DNA of 63,566 nt, filler included, from Octopus bimaculoides (taxonomy: Eukaryota): NCBI RefSeq assembly GCF_001194135.2. It is 8 parts of 8 records of this genome, joined end to end, with 100 filler letters (N's around TTAATTAATTAA, not from the genome) between each part and the next. Parts side by side here need not be neighbours in the genome. Positions count along the whole stretch, not along the records: positions 1 to 12,667 come from NC_068995.1; positions 12,768 to 16,697 come from NC_068984.1; positions 16,798 to 22,737 come from NW_026369383.1; positions 22,838 to 30,619 come from NC_069003.1; 4 more parts are not named here. One strand, 5' to 3'. Positions 10,617 to 23,570 of this stretch are shown in pieces. The notes beneath the pieces are model-generated. The model was not told where the DNA came from. It saw nothing but the letters and a program-made list of their open reading frames with translations, and ran no database searches. Position 1 is the first letter of the stretch. The number at the start of each line of letters is the position of its first letter. Position numbers and translations under genes: made by a program.

Positions 10617-11231
10617 AATATATATATATATATATATATANNNNNNNNNNNNNNNNNNNNNNNNNNNNNNNNNNNNNNNNNNNNNNNNNNNNNNNNNNNN
10701 NNNNNNNNNNNNNNNNNNNNNNNNNNNNNNNNNNNNNNNNNNNNNNNNNNNNNNNNNNNNNNNNNNNNNNNNNNNNNNNNNNNNNNNNNNNNNNNNNNNN
10801 NNNNNNNNNNNNNNNNNNNNNNNNNNNNNNNNNNNNNNNNNNNNNNNNNNNNNNNNNNNNNNNNNNNNNNNNNNNNNNNNNNNNNNNNNNNNNNNNNNNN
10901 NNNNNNNNNNNNNNNNNNNNNNNNNNNNNNNNNNNNNNNNNNNNNNNNNNNNNNNNNNNNNNNNNNNNNNNNNNNNNNNNNNNNNNNNNNNNNNNNNNNN
11001 NNNNNNNNNNNNNNNNNNNNNNNNNNNNNNNNNNNNNNNNNNNNNNNNNNNNNNNNNNNNNNNNNNNNNNNNNNNNNNNNNNNNNNNNNNNNNNNNNNNN
11101 NNNNNNNNNNNNNNNNNNNNNNNNNNNNNNNNNNNNNNNNNNNNNNNNNNNNNNNNNNNNNNNNNNNNNNNNNNNNNNNNNNNNNNNNNNNNNNNNNNNN
11201 NNNNNNNNNNNNNNNNNNNNNNNNNNNNNNN

Positions 11232-11465
11232 ATGTATATATATGTATGTGTGTGTATATGTTTGTGTGTCTGTGTTTGTCCCCCCAACTTCGCTTGACAA
11301 CCGATGGTGGTGTGTTTACGTCCCCGTAACTTAGCGGCTCGGCAAAAAGAGACCGATATAATAAGTACTAGGCTTACAAAGAATAAGTCCTGGGGTCGAT
11401 TTGCTCGACTAAAGACGGTGCCCCAGCATGGCCGCAGTCAAATGACTGAAACAAGTAAAAGAGAA
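11232..11465 (+). mobile_element. SINE family C 3' half (5' part in gap)
   Basis: Close match to about 6845-7085. Confidence 0.85.
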
Positions 11466-11469
11466 AGAG

Positions 11470-12667
11470 ATTGTGCTAAATTCGAATTTTATAACAAAAA
11501 TTTCCCATCAGGTCGCATTTTCTTGTAAATTACCGACAATAACTATGCAATTTATACAAAATTTCACGATTAATCGATTTTGCTCCCAAAGTCAGATTAA
11601 ATATGTCCATTGTAATTAATTCATAAATATAGAATGAATCAACATGTTTATTAGCATTATATAATGTGTTAACCTACATTTACTTATACTTGTCTTCTAT
11701 TGACGCTATTTCTTGATGCAACCTCTCTCCATGTTCATCACTCACATCTCTTGCATTCTCTGGGTAGAAGGACAGATGAGGATAAAGAAAGTGTATCTTC
11801 AGTGAAATATTGCATCCGAGATCTTGGTAGCACTTGATTAGGCTCTCCACTATACTCTCACGCCGGGCCACTTGATGCTTTCTCAGAAGTCCTTTGCATG
11901 CATCTTTGAATGCATGCCAGGCTGCTGGCTCAGTTTCATTCATTGTCACCTCGAAGTTCTCATCAGCTATAAGTTGACGAATCTAAGGGTCTACGAATAT
12001 GCCTTCTTTAATCTTGGCATCACTTATTTTAGGGAAGATCGCCTCGAGGTACTGGAAACATGGCTTGTTATGATGCAGTGCGTTGGTAAATTGCTTCATT
12101 AGGCCTAGTTTTATATTCAGGAGTAGCAAAAGGATTTTCTCCTTCTTAACTAGTGGCTCATGGTTTACATAATGACATCCAAGCGTCGTAGTTTCCCGAG
12201 ATGGCCATTCTCAGCGTACATTTTGTTCTGATCTGGCCTTACAGTCCCACTTGCAAAAGAAGCACATAAACTTCGTGTATCCAGCTTGTAGCCCATTAAG
12301 TAGGCCTGCTATTTTCAAGTCCGCACAAATTAGCCTCTCATACTCCTTGTAACTTATGCGGTCTAGAATAAAAGCGAGGTTCTCGTATATCTCTCTTAAA
12401 ATGATTGAGTGAGTAATTGGAACTAAAGGCATGGTGTCCCCAATGTGCAACAGAACCGCTTTTATACTTTAAAGGTATGCATCTATGAATAACCTCCATT
12501 CATTTGGTTCATAGATCAGCTCCAGTGCATTGAATAGGTCTCTGATATCATTACAATAAGTCAAGTTGTTTTCCATAGCGAAAAATTGCTGTAGATCTGC
12601 AGGACACTTCCTAAATACTGTAATTCGAGCCTCTTTATCCAACAAGTTCCATTGTTCCAGACGTGAA
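11470..12667 (-). mobile_element. Chapaev3-type (CMC superfamily) DNA transposon, decayed transposase
   Basis: Minus strand: SRLEQWNLL..EWRLFIDAYL*SIKAVLLHIG; ICADLKIAGLLNGLQAGYTKFMCFFCKWD; NIKLGLMKQF..AKIKEGIFVDP; GCNISLKIHFLYPHLSFYPENARDVSDEHGERLHQEI. Contains stops; 5' end lost in the assembly spacer. Superfamily assignment is from recalled motifs. Confidence 0.8.
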
Positions 12668-12711
12668 NNNNNNNNNNNNNNNNNNNNNNNNNNNNNNNNN
12701 NNNNNNNNNNN

Positions 12712-12723
12712 TTAATTAATTAA
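12712..12723. other. assembly spacer 44N-TTAATTAATTAA-44N (also 16742, 22782, 30664, 47061, 57441, 60782)
   Basis: Identical palindromic 12-mer with stops in all six frames, centred in 100-bp spacers seven times. Confidence 0.95.
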
Positions 12724-12767
12724 NNNNNNNNNNNNNNNNNNNNNNNNNNNNNNNNNNNNNNNNNNNN

Positions 12768-12905
12768 ATGGGCCCGGTTTCCCGAATTCTATGGCGTATG
12801 TGCTCACCCACCCCAGCTGGACGGGATGCCCGTCCATCGCAGCGTTACTCAAGAAACAGGAAGAAAGAGTGAGAGAAAGTTGGGGCGAAAGAGTACAACA
12901 GGGGG
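12768..12905 (-). mobile_element. SINE type A body with tail Y, fragment
   Basis: Reverse-complement match to about 58200-58330. Confidence 0.8.
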
Positions 12906-12923
12906 TCTTTCGTTCTCTCTCTT

Positions 12924-12981
<58 letters not shown>

Positions 12982-15083
12982 CCCCTTGGTTTATATTATT
13001 TTATTGTTCTGTTTCTTTTTTCTTTTTTACTCTTTATACTTTTTTCCGCCTTTCATCTAGAATTTAGCAAAAAACTTAACTAATCTGCTATTTTACCCTA
13101 ATTTAAAAATCTCCCTGTATTATCATTAGCCTTAAATCTATTAAATTGTCATAGTATACTATACCATAATTTTCTGTGTGAACAACCTTAGCATAATAAC
13201 TGGTGTTTGGAGCAACACCAGCAGCTGGTTATGAACGTGCTTTGGCAGGGTCAAATATCATGCTTGACACATGAAAACTGCTGCATTCAAATCAGTTCTT
13301 TCACTACTGACTTTGTTCACGATGTCGATAGGCTTCATGGCATCTCTAGGATATCAACGCCTTTAACTATCCTTATAGATAGGAGCTTATTCCGCTATCC
13401 ATCAATCTAAATTGACAGGTTGGTGACACGCATAGCTTAAATTTCTTAAACGTTGGTAGTTCTGAGTAGGAATATTCATTTGCTGTTGACTTTTGATTAA
13501 TGAATATGTCAAAGGTCACTTGCTTATTGAGTGGCTGATGACTCGGTGGATATTTAGTATGTTGCGCAATCAAACCAATTTTATTTTGACTATGTCCCAA
13601 TGAAGATACCAAATGAAACAATTGTAGTAAAACCAGATAAACTAGTCGTATGTTATAATCATATTTATGTGTGTGTGGGTGGGGGTATAGGCGTGGGGGT
13701 GTAAAATTGTTGTAAATTAACTAAGAGACTTTAGATGGTTTATTTTTAAAAGCTTAACCTCAAGTGAGGTACAAAGACCAAGGGCTGTGCCACCAGTGTC
13801 TTCCTTCTGCGTGGAGTGCGAAAATTATCTTGTTTCATGGAGAGAACACAGCTCAAATTATTATTTACTTAGAGCATCATTTAATTGGCAGAGGATAATC
13901 ACAGGATTAGGCTTATAAAAATCGGGTATGTTCCTTATTACGTCCGTGCATTAATGTCATATGACAAAAATATTTACGGCAAAATTTAATGGCTCGAATT
14001 GTTTGCATGTAGTCATTAAATTTTGTTCGGTTTCCTTTACTGTGAATGAGTTTGTGCTGTATGGCTTCTTGATATTATTTCAGGTGAGGTTTGTATATTT
14101 AATTCATGCAAGCAACGCAGTTGACGCTGCGATTAAATGAATTATATATATGNNNNNNNNNNNNNNNNNNNNNNNNNNNNNNNNNNNNNNNNNNNNNNNN
14201 NNNNNNNNNNNNNNNNNNNNNNNNNNNNNNNNNNNNNNNNNNNNNNNNNNNNNNNNNNNNNNNNNNNNNNNNNNNNNNNNNNNNNNNNNNNNNNNNNNNN
14301 NNNNNNNNNNNNNNNNNNNNNNNNNNNNNNNNNNNNNNNNNNNNNNNNNNNNNNNNNNNNNNNNNNNNNNNNNNNNNNNNNNNNNNNNNNNNNNNNNNNN
14401 NNNNNNNNNNNNNNNNNNNNNNNNNNNNNNNNNNNNNNNNNNNNNNNNNNNNNNNNNNNNNNNNNNNNNNNNNNNNNNNNNNNNNNNNNNNNNNNNNNNN
14501 NNNNNNNNNNNNNNNNNNNNNNNNNNNNNNNNNNNNNNNNNNNNNNNNNNNNNNNNNNNNNNNNNNNNNNNNNNNNNNNNNNNNNNNNNNNNNNNNNNNN
14601 NNNNNNNNNNNNNNNNNNNNNNNNNNNNNNNNNNNNNNNNNNNNNNNNNNNNNNNNNNNNNNNNNNNNNNNNNNNNNNNNNNNNNNNNNNNNNNNNNNNN
14701 NNNNNNNNNNNNNNNNNNNNNNNNNNNNNNNNNNNNNNNNNNNNNNNNNNNNNNNNNNNNNNNNNNNNNNNNNNNNNNNNNNNNNNNNNNNNNNNNNNNN
14801 NNNNNNNNNNNNNNNNNNNNNNNNNNNNNNNNNNNNNNNNNNNNNNNNNNNNNNNNNNNNNNNNNNNNNNNNNATTCATCATGCCAGCAGTCGACCCAAG
14901 AAATTCAAATCAAAATAAATTCTAAAATAAATTTGACCGCATTCCTTTCAATGCCACCTTGGCTTCTCAGATGTTCAGCTGCGAGAAATTTTCAAATTCT
15001 GTAGAAATAATATTACCCCTGAACAAAGATAAGGTTGAAATTATACACATCTATCTATCTACCTAGATATTCATTTCTCTCTC

Positions 15084-15151
<68 letters not shown>

Positions 15152-15577
15152 TCATATACACATACGTGTGTACTCGTATATGTCGGTATGCAATGAGCAT
15201 ATGTATGTATATATATATATGAGTGTGTATACAGAAAAGGAAAGAGAAGCAAAAATAGATGTACTCAATAAATAGTTTAGCTTTTCCTCTTTTCCAAGCA
15301 GGTACTGTATAGAACAGTGCACTTCGCATGTGTAGGCGTTCTTCTTTGAAGATGAGTCACTATGCTTCCTTTGGAAAGATTTTCATTTTTTTTCTTTTTT
15401 GCCCGTATGCAAGTGACTGACATTTTGCATCCCAAGTGATCGACACCAGAAATCACTCAGCAGGTGGTGAAGCCAAAATATTAAAAGATGCAGATATAGA
15501 CAGGAAACGAATACACATACACAACTTCACATAATCAAATACATGAGTGTGTGAGTGTGTGTGTGTGCGTGTGTGTG

Positions 15578-15865
15578 TGAAGGTGCGTTGCCAAGTGATT
15601 AGGTGCGTTGCTCGCAGGATTAGTGAGGTCATCGTTTCGATTCCCAGACTGGCTGTGCTTTGTGTTTTTGAGCAAAACACTCCAGTTTATATTGTTCCTG
15701 TCCGCTCAGCTGGTCTATCCCCCTCCCCCTGAGTGGACTATTCCTCTGATTAGACGGAATCTGTGAAAGCTGTCCAAGCCACCGGAGTGGCGTCATTGAA
15801 AAGCTAAATCAATGCAAAGCACATTGCTATCAGGGATCGATAGTCTAGTCGAACAGGTGACCACG
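15578..15865 (+). mobile_element. tRNA-headed SINE type B, diverged, with a distinct tail
   Basis: TGAAGGTGCGTTGCCAAGTGATTAG...GTTTCGATTCCC...TTGAGCAAAACACT...CCGCTCAGCTGG. Confidence 0.65.
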
Positions 15866-15892
15866 TGATATATATATATATATACATTTAGA

Positions 15893-15940
<48 letters not shown>

Positions 15941-15942
<2 letters not shown>

Positions 15943-16066
15943 AAACAGCTTGATTCAAATACCTTGGTACTTGAAGATTCAAGAATGGTGCTAGTCTTCA
16001 ATGGTTGAAGACTAGCACCACGATTGAAACTTAAAGTACCAAAGAATTTTGAATCAAACTGTTTGA
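15941..16066. repeat. long imperfect inverted repeat (about 60-bp stem, 3-nt loop)
   Basis: Perfect 16-bp core TGGTGCTAGTCTTCAA-tgg-TTGAAGACTAGCACCA extended by TTCAA/TTGAA, TTGGTACTT/AAGTACCAA, TTGATTCAAA/TTTGAATCAA and TCAAACAG/CTGTTTGA. Confidence 0.85.
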
Positions 16067-16569
16067 GTCGTATATGTATTCCCAATAAGTGTGCTGAGTG
16101 TCCTTTGGTTTGTCTTCTCATTTGTGTGTACATTATAAAATAATTTTACCGAATGAGGATATAAATTCATATCAAAATACCCAAATTCACACTCTGAAAC
16201 TGCAAGACAAGCAAATGATAACTGATAACGTCATTACTACAGCCAAACCGCAATTAACAGAGATATTATTGGTAGACTGCTCGAAATTCAAAATTACAGT
16301 TAGAAAGCATCGTTTGATGTTTGATTTCTTTTAAAATTGCTGAAATGCATATGTATGTGTTAGTAGAAAACACATCATAAATAGCGGAAGATATATTTAA
16401 TATTTCTCTGACTGGATAGGCCTTAAAACTTTTATTAATATCGTAATATTTTTCATTAATATTTAAAGGTATCTTTACACTTCTGAACTTAAATTTTATC
16501 TAAATAAAACGGTTGAAAGAGACTAAAAGATCTATGCATATATATATACTTAGACACACACACACTCAC

Positions 16570-16640
<71 letters not shown>

Positions 16641-16697
16641 CATTTCTTTTATTAGCCACACAGGGCTCAACGAAGATGGGACAAATACAATGTAGAG
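16641..16697 (-). mobile_element. 3' end of repeat family with (CTAT)n tail
   Basis: Reverse complement of CTCTACATTTGTATTTTGTCCC...GAGCCCTGTGTGGTTAATAAAGAAAT at about 47330-47387; adjacent (GATA)n. Confidence 0.7.
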
Positions 16698-16797
16698 NNN
16701 NNNNNNNNNNNNNNNNNNNNNNNNNNNNNNNNNNNNNNNNNTTAATTAATTAANNNNNNNNNNNNNNNNNNNNNNNNNNNNNNNNNNNNNNNNNNNN

Positions 16798-16852
<55 letters not shown>

Positions 16853-19170
16853 ATTTATACGCACACATACCTGTATACATATATCTGTGTGTGTGTGTGT
16901 GTGCATGTTATATACGTATATGCGTGTGATCTTTTCCTATTTATTTTTCATGCGTGTATGTTTAATCCATGTATGTGCGTGCAATATGTGCACGTTAAAT
17001 TGTAAAAGAGGATGCTGTTAGAGTCTACCCAGAAGAATTCACTGCTAGAAATCTCTACCCTGCAGTATGTTCTTGTTATTCTCTGTGGCACGCACGCACG
17101 CACGCACACACATGCACACGTACACGCACACGCACACACACACATATATATACATATACGTAAAAATCATAATGTAAGTGCACCTATCATATATAGATAA
17201 ACGAAACTTTAATCAAACATGTTTCAGATCAATCTAAAATCTTTAAAATTCCAATTTTAAATATATTTTCATAAAATGGCTGCCTTTATAGGTAATATTG
17301 AATTTCATCTTTATTCCAGATCCACATCACATTCTGCAGATTTCATATTTTTAGCATCTCGTCTCCTAAATCCTGTCACCACCTTTAAACTTAGAGTCAT
17401 ATCTTTCTTACTTTTGCTCACTAATTTAACCATTGTTGTCACAACATTGCCATGAGATGTTATATGTTTCATGAAACAACCATTTATCTGCATTGATGGT
17501 TTCGTTGTTTATCTTACCTATGTCATATTAGCACATCCTTTGAGCATTTAAGCTGGCCTTATCCGGCCCAAATAATCTACCTGTTTTGTGTTCAAACTGA
17601 CCAGATCCAGCCACTCGCACCTACCCGACAATGTTGTTTTAATTCTCGATTTCATTCAAAAGATGGGAATAAATAAGCATTTGATAGATTAAGCTGAATA
17701 ATCTGAAAGCCAAAGAGAAGGAAATAACCAGGGGTTCATATCCAACTATTTTCACATTTCATAGTTTCATAAATTTCGATATTGCTTATAAATGCTTTGA
17801 ATTTGTTTCTATATTATCTATTTACTTTCATCTTTGTTGTAAATTTTTAGCAGTTTATTTGACTATTTTTTCTTTCCTTTTCTAGTTTCATGTTGTTTAT
17901 AAGTTTCAATCATTCTTTTAACAGTTAAGAATGGATATATTGGTCAATGCCAATCTTTGTAGACACAAAAAAGTAAAGATAACATATGCACACACATAAC
18001 ACAAATTAGGTGAGAAACGTGTGCAGATAAAATAACCTGGCTAATAGGAAGGCCTCGAAGGCCCTTCTATCCGCTGGGTTATTTGAGGCTATTTTGCTTC
18101 AATGCATTCTTCATTATATGAAATATGAACAAAATATTAGAGATTGTAGTCCTAGCTATACATTAATTGTTTCACCATAGATCCTTTTGATCTAGGCTGG
18201 CGTAGGGTTAAACAAAAACAATAGCCAGTACCTACATATTAGAAATTGTAAGACCTTCGTAATAAGTAAACAAGAAAAATGAATTTTTGTGATGCCTATC
18301 CAATTTTTTCCTTATAATTCCTTAATTTCAAATTCGAATTTCTAATCTCTCCAAATACTATGAAGAGATTATTATCTCCCTTGTAATAATTGCGACCAGT
18401 TGGGGAACCACATGTATGTGTTAAAATCTTGTACTGTAACCCACTGGCAACAATCCTATAGAAATGTCATGCCATCCTGTATGAGACAAAATAAGTTTAA
18501 AATATTGTTGCTCTTGTACTTGTTGACATGTTCCGTGTTGGGAGGAAGTTAGCTATTTTCGCACTTATCACAAGTCTAGTCACCGAATACTACGTCTTCT
18601 GGTTCCATTGCTGCTATATTTTAAGCAATAATATCTGAAAGGCTTTCATATAAGACTTTGTGAAATAAAGCTATTATTTTTTAAGAAATTTCTGCAGTTG
18701 ATGAGCGTCAATCTTTGAGATCACTCTATCTGCAAGGAATAGTAGTCAAACTTGCCTCAACACATCGTTCACTGTATCAAAAATGAGCAAAACATTAGAG
18801 ATTATAGTCCTAGCTACACATTAAGTATTTTACCAGAAGTCTGTTTGATCTAGCCTGGCCTAGGGTTAAATAACCACAATAGTAGATTAGTCAGTTGGCA
18901 AGTAATCAATATATGTTCAATATATGATAAAGTAGTTATTTCCTGATCAGAAGTAAATCTTGTTCTTATTGTTTCGCAACGTTTGTTGTTTGTAACATTT
19001 TTTGAAGGAAGACAAATTTTTTAGTTAATCATTTAACTATGCAGTTAATAAACTAGTAAAGGTTTTACTTGCTTAAACATGCGCACACCGTCCATTGTTA
19101 TATTTATAGCTTGGGTATATATGTACTAAGCCAGTCTGTTTTATATAGACATATATACATAGCTGGTTAC

Positions 19171-19194
<24 letters not shown>

Positions 19195-19209
<15 letters not shown>

Positions 19210-19383
19210 TTGTTCCCCACCATCGCTTGACAACCGATGTTGGTGTGTTTACGACCGAAAGAGACCGTTCGAATAAGTACTAGGCCTACAATGAATAAGT
19301 CCTGGGGTCGATTTGTTCGACTAAAGGCGGTGCTCCAGCATGGCCGCAGTCAAATGACTGAAACAAATAAAAGAATAAAAGTA
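19195..19383 (+). mobile_element. SINE family C 3' half
   Basis: CATCGCTTGACAACCGATG...GGCGGTGCTCCAGCATGGCCGCAGTCAAATGACTGAAAC. Confidence 0.85.
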
Positions 19384-19401
19384 TATCTATCTATCTATCT
19401 A

Positions 19402-19453
<52 letters not shown>

Positions 19454-21071
19454 TAAAATACATATAGACATATATCGCTATTCATTAAATTATTGGTACT
19501 CAACATAATTGACAAGATATCAATAGTCTTTTATCGGAAGGGAGGTAACTGCTGTTTTATTGGTATGCTGTTTCTGCCGGTGTTGCTGTTGTTATTGTTG
19601 CTCTGGTTGTTTATGTGTGTTGATGATGTTCTTTTGTGGTTCTTGTTGGTGTTTGCGATGTTTGATGTTCAGAAAAGTTTTCGAAGCTCAAAACGTTTTC
19701 CCCGCTTTTCTAAAAGAAATACAGTGTGATTTAGAGGGACATTTATCTACCACTTTTAGCTAGCCAAACGACCATATGTAGACTCACACGTTTACTCATA
19801 TGGTTTGGATATTGTTAGTTGCTATGTTGACTACTTAAGTAATTAAACATTGAATCAATCATCAACTAATTTAATAAGTTTTTAATTTATGTTTCACAGT
19901 GGCGCTGAAAAAAAAAATGTACCCATATTTCTGAACTTCAAGTATTTTTTTTTTTTAATATATAATGTTGGGGGCTGGATATCTACAATGAACTTGTGTT
20001 CCCTAGTTCCCTAGTTCCCAAGTTATTTAATTAAATAGTTATACACCCGGATAATTATTTATTTAGATTTTTTTAATTTTATAATTTATGTTACGATAAA
20101 TCTAATGAATTATATCTTATAAAATTATAATTTCTAAAGTGCGGTTGGCGTCTCCGAGCAATTAACTTTGGTAATTAATTTTCTGAAATATATAAATTAT
20201 CCATTTCGACTAATATATAATATTCTTCATCGATTTAGTCACTCTCCCATCACTACTCCAGTAAAAATGGTTAAGCACAAGCTTTATAAAAGAAGTCTAA
20301 TAATACCGGAACGTTCCAGGAGTTATCTCCCTTACTTGCTGAAATTATTAAAATAGAGTATTAAGACATGTTGCCTTTCCCTCATTCAATAATTATTTCT
20401 AATTAGCTATTTATGTTGATTCTATGAATGTTAGCAATAGTTTAGTTACAATTTCCATTCAGATGTGCATCTTTATCATATTTTAAAGGGAAAGTGTAGT
20501 TTTTGTTAGTAACATTTGACAATTTTGTAATAGTTAGTTAATGGTTAGATTAGTTGATTCATAGTTAGTAATAATTACTTTATAGCAATAGTAATATTTA
20601 CTTAATGTTTAAAATTTCTTAGTAATAATAAGTTAACAGGTAGTCATAGTTAATAGTTAATAAATATTAATACTAGTAAATATTCGTCAATACTTTGTTA
20701 ATAAAAATAGTAATTATTTTTAAGTAATAGAAAATGATAATAGTTTGTAGTTAGTAATAAGTAAAAATAATTGTTAGTTGAGAGTTAGCAATGGTTAGCA
20801 GCTGGTAATAGCTAAAAATAGATAGTAGTTGTTAAAAGTTAGTGAAAGTTAGTTATTTGTAGTAATTCATAAGTAATTACATGATACTTGTTAGAACCAG
20901 TTAGTAGTCATTGTATAGTAAGCAATAGTTAGTTGTTATTTTGGTATTTAGTTTAACTATCAATCAATTAGTTAGTGAGAAAGATAATTAGGGAATGGCT
21001 GGAGCGAAGGATGTGCGCTTACAAGTTAAATTATATGCGCATATGTATGTGCATCTGTGTGTGTGTATGTG

Positions 21072-21119
<48 letters not shown>

Positions 21120-21603
21120 TGTGTGTGTGTGCAGGGACTTTTATCTGCAGGTTTCGACGTGTGCGTATGTAAGCGTACGTCTTTTTGTTTGTAGGATACA
21201 AACCAGCTATTTAGATAATAAGCAAATTTGCAAGTCAGCTATTCAGCAAGTTAACTATTTAGAAAAAAAAAAAAAAAAAACACCCAGCAATTAAACAATC
21301 CATTAATTGAACCAACCAATATATTGGTACCTAAGTTAATTAACAGTTCAATTACGTAACACTACAGCTAGTTAGTAAGTTACTAGATTTAGAAAGTTAG
21401 AGAAGTAGTAATGAATCTCAAGATTAGTTAAATACAAGGTAATAAAATCAGTCATTTGCTGATTGACTATTTCAGGAAGTAGTTGTTACATTTGTAATTA
21501 TCTAATTATAAATTTAGTTAGCATTTGATGATGTCATACTAAGTTATATAACAAGTCTAACTTAAATGTATGTGTGAGTATATGGGACTCTGTGTGTACG
21601 AGA

Positions 21604-21653
<50 letters not shown>

Positions 21654-21938
21654 GTGTATATATAAATATGTATATATATGTGTTTATATATATGTGTGTG
21701 TATAAAGTATATGCATATATATATATGNNNNNNNNNNNNNNNNNNNNNNNNNNNNNNNNNNNNNNNNNNNNNNNNNNNNNNNNNNNNNNNNNNNNNNNNN
21801 NNNNNNNNNNNNNNNNNNNNNNNNNNNNNNNNNNNNNNNNNNNNNNNNNNNNNNNNNNNNNNNNNNNNNNNNNNNNNNNNNNNNNNNNNNNNNNNNNNNN
21901 NNNNNNNNNNNNNNNNNNNNNNNNNNNNNNNNNNNNNN

Positions 21939-21985
<47 letters not shown>

Positions 21986-22081
21986 ATACAGATATAAGAA
22001 TATATAGACAGACGTGGCTTTGAGGTAAAAAGCTGGCTTCCCAACCACATGGTTCCGTGTTCATATATATATATATATATA

Positions 22082-22136
<55 letters not shown>

Positions 22137-22205
22137 ATGTATATTCCGACAGCAATAGATACCTACTTGTTAAAAAGCAAGATAATGTATTATATAATTA
22201 TATAC

Positions 22206-22460
22206 CAGTGGTTCCCAAAGAATGAGTACTTATAACCCTTCTGGGTCCATATGGTATATTTTTATTAACATTTGCGCGCAATGTATTAATTATACTTATA
22301 CAAAGCACAAAATATTTTAACGATTTTTTTTTTCTGCAATTACAAATAATATTTGATAATAAAACAAAAAGAACTATAAGAGGTTATTTTTTAAACATCA
22401 AATGATTACGAGGATCCACCCGAGTAATATAAGAATTAAGGGGGTGCATGACTAAACAAG
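22206..22460. mobile_element. hAT/Charlie-like MITE, one terminus recognisable
   Basis: Starts CAGTGGTTCCCAAA, a typical Charlie terminal repeat; right end degenerate. Confidence 0.45.
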
Positions 22461-22837
22461 AAACAAAACAGTTGTGAGTCCCTGTTATATGCTAACTAAG
22501 GTGTATCCGAAGTACATTATATACTATACACGCTCTACAATGTATAGCAGGATTTTATATAAATTATGTTATGAACAAAATAATTTAAATATCGACAAAT
22601 TTACGCGTCATCTTCATTATTTGTTAATTAAGTTATCACACGTAATATCACATACCTAAACGCACTCAAACATATGAACAGACGCAGACACACATACACA
22701 ACGACACATGCACAATTGCATATATATATATATATATNNNNNNNNNNNNNNNNNNNNNNNNNNNNNNNNNNNNNNNNNNNNTTAATTAATTAANNNNNNN
22801 NNNNNNNNNNNNNNNNNNNNNNNNNNNNNNNNNNNNN

Positions 22838-22885
<48 letters not shown>

Positions 22886-23099
22886 GTCCATCTTTCTGGC
22901 TGGGGAAGCAATGACCAAAATTTTCTGTCACATAGATATTTGAATCAAATTGACATGGATAGCGATCTGCATAACAACAAACCCACTTTTCAGCACAATC
23001 AGCTACAAAAAGCAGTGGCGTAACTGAGGTTGAGATGACTAGAAACCAGATGCATTTCAGCATTGTTTTTATGCTTGTTTACCTTCTCATATAAGAAAG

Positions 23100-23570
23100 A
23101 TGTTACGAGAACGAGGAGTTCTTCCCTCCCAGTGGTTTTCATGCAAATTAGCTCATAACTGAGACCCTTAAAATGTGCTACTACTCCCGGTCAGATTAGA
23201 ACTGATATCAGTGGCCAGCTGAGTGGCAATGTTAAAGGCTTAAACGCCACCTTCTCCACAGACGTCAACTCCCAACGACAGAAACTGTCATTTCCATCCC
23301 TTGACAACATCACGGGAAGAAAGCAGACTCCAGCCCTGGATGGAAAAGCTTCTTCTAATCATTGCTGAAAAAACCTCCCTCTTGGCTCAGAAGCACTGTA
23401 ATTTCAGTGGAAGACACTCAAATATCTTCGAACGAGAACGGAATGGTCAAAAGATGCTTTGGTCAGGTGCGGCTACAAAACTGGTCCAGCCACTTGTGAA
23501 TGTGGTCTTGCATGCCATCCTATGGATCACTGCGTTGTTTGCCCTCTCCTACCCTACAACTAAAAAGACC
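23100..23570 (+). mobile_element. probable Vingi/Ingi-like LINE 3' end, decayed
   Basis: EWSKDALVRCGYKTGPATCECGLACHPMDHCVVCPLLP resembles the recalled C-terminal 'L.RWGY...CECG...M.H..CP' motif of Ingi/Vingi ORFs; upstream frames are broken. Confidence 0.5.

Noticed and set aside
12712-12723. TTAATTAATTAA repeated seven times as a possible CRISPR-like or regulatory repeat
   Set aside because: Always centred in 44N+44N; an assembly linker.
15986-16020. miR-7-like sequence in the hairpin (TTGAAGACTAG)
   Set aside because: The match ends after about 10 nt and the 5' seed differs; not a known conserved miRNA.
17536-17716. piggyBac-like MITE
   Set aside because: Termini are too degenerate here (no TTAA flanks visible) to support a call from this window alone.
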